Source of the DNA: Candidatus Methylomirabilia bacterium
GTDB taxonomy: Bacteria > Methylomirabilota > Methylomirabilia > Rokubacteriales > CSP1-6
Assembly (NCBI GenBank): GCA_046758965.1
Contig: JBHIBG010000089.1
Coordinates: 1 to 10,908, forward strand
Direction of reading: 5' to 3'
Length of the DNA stretch: 10,908 bases
Shown here: in pieces, positions 1 through 6,538 of the stretch
Numbering within the stretch: the stretch's first letter is position 1
How the letters are laid out: every line of letters starts with the position of its first letter
Program-made: the position numbers and the translations under genes
The notes under the pieces: generated by a model
What the model was told of the DNA's origin: nothing
What the model saw: the letters and a program-made list of their open reading frames with translations, nothing else
The model's database searches: none

Positions 1-20
1 ACGCGGTGCTGGCTCTCCAT
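1..20 (-). CDS. possible 5' end of an unknown gene running off the window (MESQHR...)
   Basis: Minus-strand ATG at 20-18 has AGGAG 8 nt upstream. Only 6 codons are visible. Confidence 0.3.
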
Positions 21-234
21 GGCGAGCGCTCCTGTCGAATCGGGGGCTGCCATCCCCGGCGGCGTACCACACCCTCACGCCCTGGCTGGGCCGGTGGAAG
101 ATCTCCCGGAGGGTGAGCCGATATTAGTCCTGCACCTGACGAGGGTCAACAGCTACCGCCCTTGAAGCTAATGACCTCACCCCCACGCCCAGCACCGGCT
201 CCGGTCGGGGCAGGTCTCGCAGTGCCAGCCGACC

Positions 235-610
235 ATGGGGTGGAACACCTCGGCGTCAGAGCACAGTCCCGATAGAGGCCCTCTCCGTCGGAGCCCTCCG
301 TCAGGGCCACCCAGGTCCTGCCTCCTCGATCGCGTTCGTGAGGCCCTCGGCGCCCGCCATTACAGTCGCCGCACCGAGGAGGCCTACGTCGCGTGGATCC
401 GCCGGTACATCTTCTTCCGCGGCAAGCGCCATCCGGCCAGCGGGCCAGCCCTCACACCCTGCGCCACTCGTTCGCGACGCACCTCCTTGAGGACGGCCAC
501 GAACCCTGACGGTCCAGGAGTTGCTCGGGCACCGGGACGTGAGCACGACCATGATCTCCACGCACGTCCTGAACCGGGGACCGGCGGCGGTGTGGAGCCC
601 GGCCGACCGG
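235..610 (+). pseudogene. intI: integron integrase remnant (large internal deletion, frameshifts, catalytic Tyr lost)
   Basis: The N-terminal LLDRVREALGARHYSRRTEEAYVAWIRRYIFFRGKRHPA (to ~438) joins directly, in another frame, to [20 protein letters not shown] (441-500). After a further frameshift at ~507 it reads [34 protein letters not shown] (509-610). These are IntI N- and C-terminal signatures; TMIYTHV has become TMISTHV. Confidence 0.9.
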
Positions 611-659
611 CATAACGCGGCGGTCTCGCGCGGGGCTTCAAGCACCAAGTTCCCCACCG

Positions 660-713
660 GGCAAGGAGGTACGCGACAGCCGAGCGCAGTTCGGCCGAAT
701 GAGCGTTCGCCGG
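660..713 (+). other. candidate attI core site / left boundary of first cassette (G|TTCGCCGG at 705-713)
   Basis: GTTCGCCGG (705-713) matches 8/9 the reverse complement of CCGGCTAAC (1211-1219), the R'' region of the downstream attC, as expected for the two ends of an integrated cassette. The upstream extent is a guess. Confidence 0.55.
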
Positions 714-725
714 ATCGGGGAGCAC

Positions 726-754
726 TAGCCTCTTCCTGCGCCATGCGGTACGAT
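726..754 (+). promoter_or_regulatory. possible cassette-internal promoter for hicBA
   Basis: TAGCCT-17 nt-TACGAT, with GGAGG at 768-772. TA cassettes usually carry their own promoter. The -35 is weak. Confidence 0.3.
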
Positions 755-784
755 GGACCCGGATATGGGAGGACCAACGTACCC

Positions 785-991
785 ATGACTTTCAATGTCG
801 AAATTGAGCGAGAAACAGACGGCCGCTGGATTGCGGAAGTCGTCGAGCTGCCCGGGGTCATGGCGTATGGGGGTACACTTGAGGAAGCGAAGGCCCGTGT
901 TCAGGCCCTTGCTTTGCGGGTCGTGGCCAACCGGCTGGAACACGGCGAAGCGGGCCCGGATCTTCTGAGCATTTCCTTCAACGCCGCATGA
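785..991 (+). CDS. hicB: HicB-family antitoxin (short form, 68 aa)
   Basis: [55 protein letters not shown] fits the HicB partial RNase H pattern (E-x-DG-x-W/Y...LPG...G-x-T-x-EEA). Its stop overlaps the hicA start (ATGA). Confidence 0.88.
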   Translation: MTFNVEIERETDGRWIAEVVELPGVMAYGGTLEEAKARVQALALRVVANRLEHGEAGPDLLSISFNAA

Positions 992-1200
992 GTGAGTAGC
1001 CCAGCACCCGGGCCCGCCGGGTCTTGGCCGCACTCCTCCGCATGGGTTGGACCATAAAGCGACAATCGGGTTCACACCGTGTCCTTTCCAGAGAAGGATG
1101 GCGGGATTTCGTGTTTGTTTTCCACGATAACGAAGAGATCGGTCCTCGGATGCTCGCACGCATTGCCAAGCGAACTGAACTTCGGCCGAGCGATCTATGA
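988..1200 (+). pseudogene. hicA: HicA-family mRNA interferase toxin with in-frame TAG at codon 4
   Basis: Not in the ORF track. Manual translation gives MSE*PSTRARRVLAALLRMGWTIKRQSGSHRVLSREGWRDFVFVFHDNEEIGPRMLARIAKRTELRPSDL*, with HicA GW..RQxGSH and H..EIG..L..I.K motifs. TAG is at 997-999. Confidence 0.85.
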
Positions 1201-1212
1201 CCCAGTGCAACC

Positions 1213-1270
1213 GGCTAACAAGCCGCTCAAGCTACCGGCCGCTTCGCGGCCGCGGCTGAGCGCGCGAGCG
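1213..1270 (+). mobile_element. attC site, truncated at the R' box
   Basis: GGCTAAC (R''), 5 nt, GCTCAAGC (L''), hairpin CGGCCGC-TTC-GCGGCCG, GCTGAGC (L'), GCGCGAGC, G. It strongly resembles short aadA-type attC sites (GCCGCTTCGCGGC core) and begins 12 nt after the hicA stop. The TTRRRY after G1270 is missing. Confidence 0.8.
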
Positions 1271-1271
1271 G

Positions 1272-1364
1272 CCCCGCTATGGAGATCATGCACGGCGCTA
1301 CATCTTCCCACGATTTCCCGTCAGCTTGGTCTACGTCCGACGCAATCACGAAGTCGAGGTCATC
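1272..1364 (+). pseudogene. internal fragment of a ParE/RelE-family toxin
   Basis: Translates PRYGDHARRYIFPRFPVSLVYVRRNHEVEVI, matching the ParE-type RR....RFP.S.VY.......VI pattern. It lacks the N-terminus and the C-terminal AVAH..R motif. Confidence 0.65.
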
Positions 1365-1367
1365 TCC

Positions 1368-1445
1368 TCAAGCTGTTCCCGAAGAGCGCGGGTGAGTACA
1401 GGGAGCAATTCGACGCCAGGCGACGACATCGGCCGACGGGATCAT
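1368..1445 (-). pseudogene. N-terminal remnant of an AbiEii-family nucleotidyltransferase toxin
   Basis: ATG at 1445 overlaps the stop of the AbiEi-like ORF (ATGA). MIPSADVVAWRRIAP resembles the MIP....W...APW start of AbiEii toxins, followed by a frameshifted HP/ALREQL. It breaks off before the FRGGTAL motif. Confidence 0.6.
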
Positions 1446-2056
1446 GTCCCTGTCTGGTCCATCTCGATCAGTTCGTTCACGGTTACCCGCCATCGGCTGG
1501 CCCGCGGCGCCCCGGTGATCGCGCGGTCCGGACGGAGCGGGGTCACGCGTGGAGCCTTGGTGCGGATCCACTCAGCCAGCGGTGCGGCCAGGCTGGCGTG
1601 GCCGATGCGATCGAGCAGATACCCGAGTCGTTGCGCGTAGGCCACCTCCTCTTCAGCCTCCGCGGCACGCACCAGCATCCGCGGATCCAGACGCTCGGCG
1701 AGCTCCTTGAGCACGGTCGCGACGTTGGAGAGAAACCCGGCGTGTTCGGGGCAACTCCATAGTTCCACTGCGCCGGCTTCCAGCCAACGCACGGCAGGGC
1801 TGCGAGGAGTCTTCTGTCGGGCGATGTCAAGCATCTCCGGTGATAGGTCAACGCCGATGACGTGTACGCCGCGCCGGGCCAGGCGAAGGGCGACGTTGCC
1901 GGTGCCGCAGCCCAGGTCGAGCACCTCGGGGCCGTGCGCCAGCTGTGCCACCCGGTCGTAGACCCGCTCGATCTGGCCGAGGGAGAGGAGCCGGATGCCC
2001 AGGTCGTAACGGTGCGGTGCGGACTCAAGCAGACGCATCCACGCATACGTACTCAC
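1442..2056 (-). CDS. chimeric ORF: class I SAM-methyltransferase N-terminal half fused in frame to an AbiEi-family antitoxin C-terminal part
   Basis: Residues 1-99 carry VLDLGCGTG and VIGVDLSPEML (SAM motifs I/II). Residues ~101-204 carry PEHAGFLSNVATVLKEL...AQRLGYLLD...PLRP...RWRVTVN, typical of AbiEi C-termini. The junction is near 1757. Confidence 0.7.
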   Translation of the reverse strand: MSTYAWMRLLESAPHRYDLGIRLLSLGQIERVYDRVAQLAHGPEVLDLGCGTGNVALRLARRGVHVIGVDLSPEMLDIARQKTPRSPAVRWLEAGAVELWSCPEHAGFLSNVATVLKELAERLDPRMLVRAAEAEEEVAYAQRLGYLLDRIGHASLAAPLAEWIRTKAPRVTPLRPDRAITGAPRASRWRVTVNELIEMDQTGT

Positions 2057-2062
2057 GCCCCC

Positions 2063-2068
2063 ATCTTA
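2063..2068 (-). promoter_or_regulatory. -10 element for a probably leaderless transcript of the chimeric ORF
   Basis: Minus-strand TAAGAT lies 6 nt upstream of the GTG at 2056. Confidence 0.4.
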
Positions 2069-2329
2069 GTTAGCACTCCGCCGGCCGGGAAGTAGAAAAT
2101 TCGCGGTCTTGTGTGCTCGTTCTTGAACCTAGAATCGGCACTTCCGGGTCAGGGCATAGATGGGATGAAGCGGCCGGCCTCTCGCTCGACGTGGTGGCAT
2201 ACACTGCCCCAGAAGAGCATTGACGCGGTCAACGCCGCAGAGAGGTTCTTGTGTTAGGGGCCTGCTCCTGCTAGCGTTCCCGAGCAGACGGTCGGCGTGT
2301 TGCTCCAGGAGGCGCACTTGAAATCTACG

Positions 2330-2473
2330 ATTCGCGGGCAGACAGAGGAGACACAACAGCGGATTCGAGCGGCCTTGGATCGCCGCGTGCGCGAGTATGC
2401 AGTCGCGGGAGGCCTGGAGGCTCCCGTTTCGGTGAAGATTGCTTCCGGGCAGAAGCCCGGACCAGCTGCCTAG
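2330..2473 (+). pseudogene. C-terminal remnant of a probable class I methyltransferase
   Basis: IRGQTEETQQRIRAALDRRVREYAVAGGLEAPVSVKIASGQKP resembles, from memory, the C-terminal ...LELPVSVKxASGRKP end of UbiE-like methyltransferases. There is no SAM-binding N-terminus, and an upstream in-frame stop sits at 2255. Confidence 0.45.
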
Positions 2474-2489
2474 ACCCGGGCCACGGCGG

Positions 2490-3758
2490 ATGGTCAGGCC
2501 CAAAGCGGTGTGGGCATGGAGTTGCTTCCGGCCCCGCAGACACGAGCTCCAGCCGGGCTGGGTGGTCGTGGCGGCCTCGTTCGCGGTCATGTTCGGTGTG
2601 TGGGTCCCGCACGCGGGCTTCGGCGTCTTTCTCCCGGTCCTGTCCCAGGAGTTCGCCTGGAGCCGGGGGGCCATTTCCCTGGCCGCGTCCCTGAACCTCC
2701 TGCTCGGGGGGGCCATCTCGTTTGGAGTCGGAGCCGCCAGCGACCGGTACGGGCCCCGCAGGATTCTCGCCCTGAGCGGTCTCCTGGTCGGCGCCGGGTA
2801 CATCCTGGCGTCGACCGTCGGCGCCCTCTGGCACTTCTACCTCTGGGTGGGAGGCGTGCTTGGAATCGGCATGTCCGGGGTCTATATCGTCCCCACCGCC
2901 ACGGTGTCCCGCTGGTTCGTGGAGCGGCGCGGGCTCGCCCTGGGCGTACTCCTGACGGGCATCAACCTGGCGTATGTCACGGCCGGCCCGCTCGTCGCCC
3001 TGCTCATCGACACGGTGGGGTGGCGCGCGGCCTACGTGGCGCTGGGTGGCCTGGTGCTCGCCGTCGTGGTTCCCGCAAGTGCGTTCATGAAAGTTGCGCC
3101 GTCAGGGGAGGGTTCACGGGTTGCGGCGGCTCCCGGTCTCGAGCACTCGGCCCCGGCGGCGCCGCGAGGCGCGTCTGTGACTTTCCGCGAAGCCGTCCGG
3201 GATCGCCGGCTCTGGCTGCTCGTGCTCACGTGGGTCCTTCAGGGAGCCGCCCTCATGACCGTCGCCGTCCATGTGGTGGCCTATCTTCACGATCGCGGAA
3301 CGACCCTCGAGGCCGCGTCTCTGGCCTTGACGATCTACGGGGTCAGCAGTATGGCGGGGCGGCTCCTGTTCGGTGCGGCGGCGGACCGGATCGGCACCAC
3401 GCCCACCTTCTACCTCTGTTCAGTGCTCCAGGTGGTGGGCCTCGCGTGGGTGGCGGTCGGGCCCTCGCTCTGGCTGTTTTATCCGCTGATCATGGCGTTC
3501 GGGCTGGGGGCTGCCGGCGCCGACACCGCGGTCGTCAAGGCCGCCTCGGAGGTCTTCGGGGTTCGGGCGATCGGGGCCATCATCGGGATCGTCGGAGTCG
3601 GGTGGCGGTGCGGCGCGGCGCTCGGGCCGGCGGTGGCCGGCTTTCTCCACGATGCCACCGGCTCGTACGGGATCGCCTTCGGCCTCGCCTCGGCCGGCGT
3701 GCTGCTGAGCCTCGCCTTCTTCACCCTGGGGATGTCATCCTCGCGGCGCGCGGCGTAG
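2490..3758 (+). CDS. MFS transporter (OFA/MCT-like, about 12 TM)
   Basis: GWVVV start, FGVFLPVLSQEFAWSRG, motif A twice (GAASDRYGPR, GAAADRIG), WFVERRGLALG, GFLHDATGSY. The start codon is uncertain (ATG 2490 or slightly downstream). Confidence 0.92.
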   Translation: MVRPKAVWAWSCFRPRRHELQPGWVVVAASFAVMFGVWVPHAGFGVFLPVLSQEFAWSRGAISLAASLNLLLGGAISFGVGAASDRYGPRRILALSGLLVGAGYILASTVGALWHFYLWVGGVLGIGMSGVYIVPTATVSRWFVERRGLALGVLLTGINLAYVTAGPLVALLIDTVGWRAAYVALGGLVLAVVVPASAFMKVAPSGEGSRVAAAPGLEHSAPAAPRGASVTFREAVRDRRLWLLVLTWVLQGAALMTVAVHVVAYLHDRGTTLEAASLALTIYGVSSMAGRLLFGAAADRIGTTPTFYLCSVLQVVGLAWVAVGPSLWLFYPLIMAFGLGAAGADTAVVKAASEVFGVRAIGAIIGIVGVGWRCGAALGPAVAGFLHDATGSYGIAFGLASAGVLLSLAFFTLGMSSSRRAA

Positions 3759-3806
3759 GCTCGGAGAACCTCCCCCGCCCGTGGGCAAGCCGGCGGGGAG
3801 GCCCAG

Positions 3807-3815
3807 TGCTATACT
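3807..3815 (+). promoter_or_regulatory. extended -10 promoter (TGcTATACT) for a leaderless amidohydrolase mRNA
   Basis: TGCTATACT ends 7 nt before GTG 3823. No Shine-Dalgarno is present. Confidence 0.6.
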
Positions 3816-3822
3816 CCCGCGC

Positions 3823-5046
3823 GTGAGGGACCTCCTCCTCAGAAACGGGCTCGTCGCCGGCCGCCGGCAAGACGTGGCCATCCGCGATCGCCGCATCCAC
3901 CGGATCGCCGCGCTCCTCGACCCGGCGGGCTATGAGCTGCTGGACGTGGCCGACAAGCTCGTCCTCCCCGGCTTCGTCGAGACCCACATCCACCCTGACA
4001 AGGCCTTCATCGCCGACCGCGCCGAGGGGCTGCGGCCGGGGGGCCCGACCGCGCAGGCGCTCGTCGCCGAGCTCAAGAGGGCCTTCACCGTCGACGACAT
4101 CTCCCGGCGCGCGCGGCGCGTCCTCGAGCTGGCGGTCCGGCATGGCTGCACCACGATGCGCGCCCACGTCGAGATCGACCCCTATGTCGAGCTGCGGGGC
4201 GTCGAAGCGCTGCGCCGCCTGCAGGCCGAGTTCCGGGACGTGCTCGACCTCCGGCTCATCGCCTTCGCCCAGGAGGGCATCTTCAACGACGGCGTGACGC
4301 GCGACCTGCTGCGCGCGGCGCTGAAGGGCGGGCTCGAGGCGCTGGGCGGCTGCCCCTACATGGACCGCGACCAGCGCGCGCACATCGACTGGTGCTTCGA
4401 CACGGCGGCGGCGTTCGGCGTCCCCCTGGACTTCCACGCCGACTCGGCGGACGACCCGGCGATGCTGACGAGCGACTACATCGCCGAGCAGACGATCGCG
4501 CGGGGCCTGCAGGGGCGCGTGACGCTCGGCCACCTCTCGACGCTCGACGTCCTCGAGCCCGACCACCGGGCGCGCGTCATCGACCGGCTGCGGGAGGCGC
4601 GCATCCACGTCATCAGCCTGCCGGCCACCGAGCTGCATGTGAAGGGCCGCGCCGACCTCCGGCGGGCGTGGCGCGGCGTCACGCGTCTCGACGAGCTCCG
4701 CGCCGCCGGCGTCAACGTCGCGATCTCCACGAACAACGTCGTCAATCCCTTCACGCCCTACGGCCACCCCGACCTCCTGCGCCAGATGCTGGTCGCTGCC
4801 ATGGCCGCCCACCTCGGGAACCTCGACCAGCTGGCCTGGCTGCCGGAGCTCGTCACGGTGAACGCGGCCCGCGCGATCGGGCTGGAGGGTTATGGCCTGG
4901 CCGAGGGGTGCCTCGCCGACCTGGTCGTGCTCGACGCGCAGGGTCCCGCGCAGGCCATCACCGAGCAGGCGGAGAAGCTCTGGGTCATCAAGGCCGGCCG
5001 GGTCGTCACGCGGAACACCCGGACGAGCGAGCTCACGCGGCCGTAA
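3823..5046 (+). CDS. metal-dependent amidohydrolase, cytosine deaminase (CodA)-like
   Basis: DLLLRNG N-terminal strand, PGFVETHIHPDK (HxH), GCTTMRAHVEID, AFAQEG, DFHAD, LGHLS, NPFTPYG, ADLVVLD, VIKAGRVV. Start placed at GTG 3823. Confidence 0.9.
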   Translation: MRDLLLRNGLVAGRRQDVAIRDRRIHRIAALLDPAGYELLDVADKLVLPGFVETHIHPDKAFIADRAEGLRPGGPTAQALVAELKRAFTVDDISRRARRVLELAVRHGCTTMRAHVEIDPYVELRGVEALRRLQAEFRDVLDLRLIAFAQEGIFNDGVTRDLLRAALKGGLEALGGCPYMDRDQRAHIDWCFDTAAAFGVPLDFHADSADDPAMLTSDYIAEQTIARGLQGRVTLGHLSTLDVLEPDHRARVIDRLREARIHVISLPATELHVKGRADLRRAWRGVTRLDELRAAGVNVAISTNNVVNPFTPYGHPDLLRQMLVAAMAAHLGNLDQLAWLPELVTVNAARAIGLEGYGLAEGCLADLVVLDAQGPAQAITEQAEKLWVIKAGRVVTRNTRTSELTRP

Positions 5047-5288
5047 CTCGTAAGGCGGCTTGCCATCTCCTGCTCGAAGGCCTCGGCCTCGGCGGCCGAG
5101 GGGTCGAGCTTCCGCTCCAGCTCGCGGACCTCCGCCTCAAGCGCCCGGTTCTCTGCACGAAGCGTGGCCACGACCTTCTCGAGCGGAGGCCTGGAACGCC
5201 GTGGCGCCTTGGTGGCCGGTGATGCGTCCCGCGAGGCCGGCCTTGACCAAGCCGGCCCGTGGCACTTCCTTGGCCCGCGCCACCCCGC

Positions 5289-5318
5289 TTGCCCGGTCGG
5301 CGGGTTTTCGTCTATCCT
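5289..5318 (+). promoter_or_regulatory. possible sigma70 promoter upstream of the SDR gene
   Basis: TTGCCC-18 nt-TATCCT. Confidence 0.4.
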
Positions 5319-5429
5319 CGATCCGATGCCGGCGCGGCTTGCGTAGCGGCGAGCGCCCCCCGGGATGCGGCGCCTTGGGTCGAGGGGAGCCGCACCCACG
5401 CACCACTCACGGCACGGAGGAGGACCACC

Positions 5430-6209
5430 ATGCGCTTCAAGGATCGGGCCGTCATCGTCACGGGTGGCGGATACGGCATCGGAAAGCAGATCGCGCTCGC
5501 GTTCGGCCGCGAAGGCGCTCACGTCGTGCTCGCCGCGCGCTCCGTGGAGAAGATGGAGGCGGTGGCCGGGGAGTTGCGCGGCATGGGCACGCGACCGCTG
5601 GCGTACCGCCTCGACGTGCGGTTCGAGGATCAAGCCAAGGCCATGGTGGAGAGGACCGTCGCCGAGTACGGCAAGATCGACGTGCTCGTGAACAATTCGG
5701 GCATCGCCGGACCGACCAAGCTGGCCCGGGACATCACGGGCGAGGAGTGGATCGAGTCGATGGACGTGAACCTGAACGGGGCGTTCTACTGCGCCAAGTA
5801 CGTATCGGGCCCGATGATCGAGGCCAAGCGGGGAAGCATTGTCAACATCTCCTCGATCGCGGGGCGGATCGGCTACCCGTTGCGCACCCCTTACGCGGCG
5901 TCGAAGTGGGGCATGATCGGCCTCAGCCACTCCCTGGCCGCGGAATTGGGACCTCACGGCATCCGGGTCAACGCGATCCTCCCCGGCCCCATCAAGGGCG
6001 AACGGTTCGACAGCGTCGTGGCCGCGCGCGCCAAGGCGGAAGGCAAGGGCTTCGAGGAGCAGATGGCGCAGTGGACGGCGACTGTGCCCCTGCGCCGCTT
6101 GGTGTCCGAGGAGGAGGTGGCCGAATCCGTGACCTTCATCGCCTCCGACGCCGCCTCGGGCATTACCGGGCAGGCTTTTACGGTCTGCGGCGGCTTCCGC
6201 ATGCAGTAG
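5430..6209 (+). CDS. short-chain dehydrogenase/reductase (classical SDR, FabG-like), 259 aa
   Basis: TGGGYGIG, DVLVNNSG, NISS, YAASK, GIRVNAILPG, SGITGQ. GGAGGAGG lies 6 nt before ATG 5430. Confidence 0.95.
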   Translation: MRFKDRAVIVTGGGYGIGKQIALAFGREGAHVVLAARSVEKMEAVAGELRGMGTRPLAYRLDVRFEDQAKAMVERTVAEYGKIDVLVNNSGIAGPTKLARDITGEEWIESMDVNLNGAFYCAKYVSGPMIEAKRGSIVNISSIAGRIGYPLRTPYAASKWGMIGLSHSLAAELGPHGIRVNAILPGPIKGERFDSVVAARAKAEGKGFEEQMAQWTATVPLRRLVSEEEVAESVTFIASDAASGITGQAFTVCGGFRMQ

Positions 6210-6236
6210 GCCTTCCCCGGCGCGAGGCGGGAGGGG

Positions 6237-6264
6237 TTGACGGGGGCGGAAGGGGCCGTACACT
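6237..6264 (+). promoter_or_regulatory. near-consensus sigma70 promoter with no convincing downstream ORF
   Basis: TTGACG-16 nt-TACACT in otherwise very GC-rich DNA. Confidence 0.55.
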
Positions 6265-6450
6265 CGGAGGAGCTGCGGCCGGGCAGGCTCTATTGATCGC
6301 GGTTAGTGGCCTTCACGGCGACCCATCGCATTACCACCCAGACGCTTCGCTCAACCTCGCGCTTACCCGGGGCCGAGCCTTGCGCAGTTCTCTTGCAAGG
6401 CGCAGGCCCCGCCGGGACGTACTGCACCACCCCGGCCACTCCGGGCTTGA

Positions 6451-6496
6451 CCGGGGCGGGCGCCGTGCGCTTTTTCCTGCACGGCGCCTGCCCCGG
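6451..6496. terminator. 18-bp inverted repeat between convergent transcription units
   Basis: CCGGGGCGGGCGCCGTGC (6451-6468) pairs with GCACGGCGCCTGCCCCGG (6479-6496) with one G-U pair and a 10-nt loop. No U-tract follows the stem. Confidence 0.55.
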
Positions 6497-6538
6497 CGCG
6501 GCGCTTAGCGTGACCCCAGGCGGGGACGAAGCTCAATG

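Noticed and set aside
521..991. 156-aa ORF as a real IntI-HicB fusion
   Set aside because: Chance read-through from the intI remnant across the att region; hicB has its own ATG at 785 and a ribosome-binding site.
1079..1762. 227-aa plus-strand ORF
   Set aside because: It crosses hicA out of frame, the attC and the antisense of abiEi, and has no recognisable motifs.
3769..3801. Imperfect inverted repeat CCTCCCCCGCC / GGCGGGGAGG after the MFS stop
   Set aside because: Bulged, GC-rich and without a U-tract; I cannot tell terminator from operator or chance.
6215..6500. 10-bp direct repeat CCCCGGCGCG (6215-6224 and 6491-6500) as a target-site duplication
   Set aside because: An all-GC 10-mer is unremarkable in this DNA, and there are no terminal inverted repeats or transposase.
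6265..6500. tRNA, tmRNA, SRP RNA or retron msr-msd identity for the structured segment
   Set aside because: No T-loop/CCA, tag peptide or SRP core motif was seen, and there is no reverse transcriptase in the window.
2129..6508. Long overlapping ORFs (2129-2803, 2510-3826, 3721-4812, 4392-5222, 4890-6263, 5060-6508)
   Set aside because: Arg/Pro/Gly-rich off-frame or antisense shadows of real high-GC genes.
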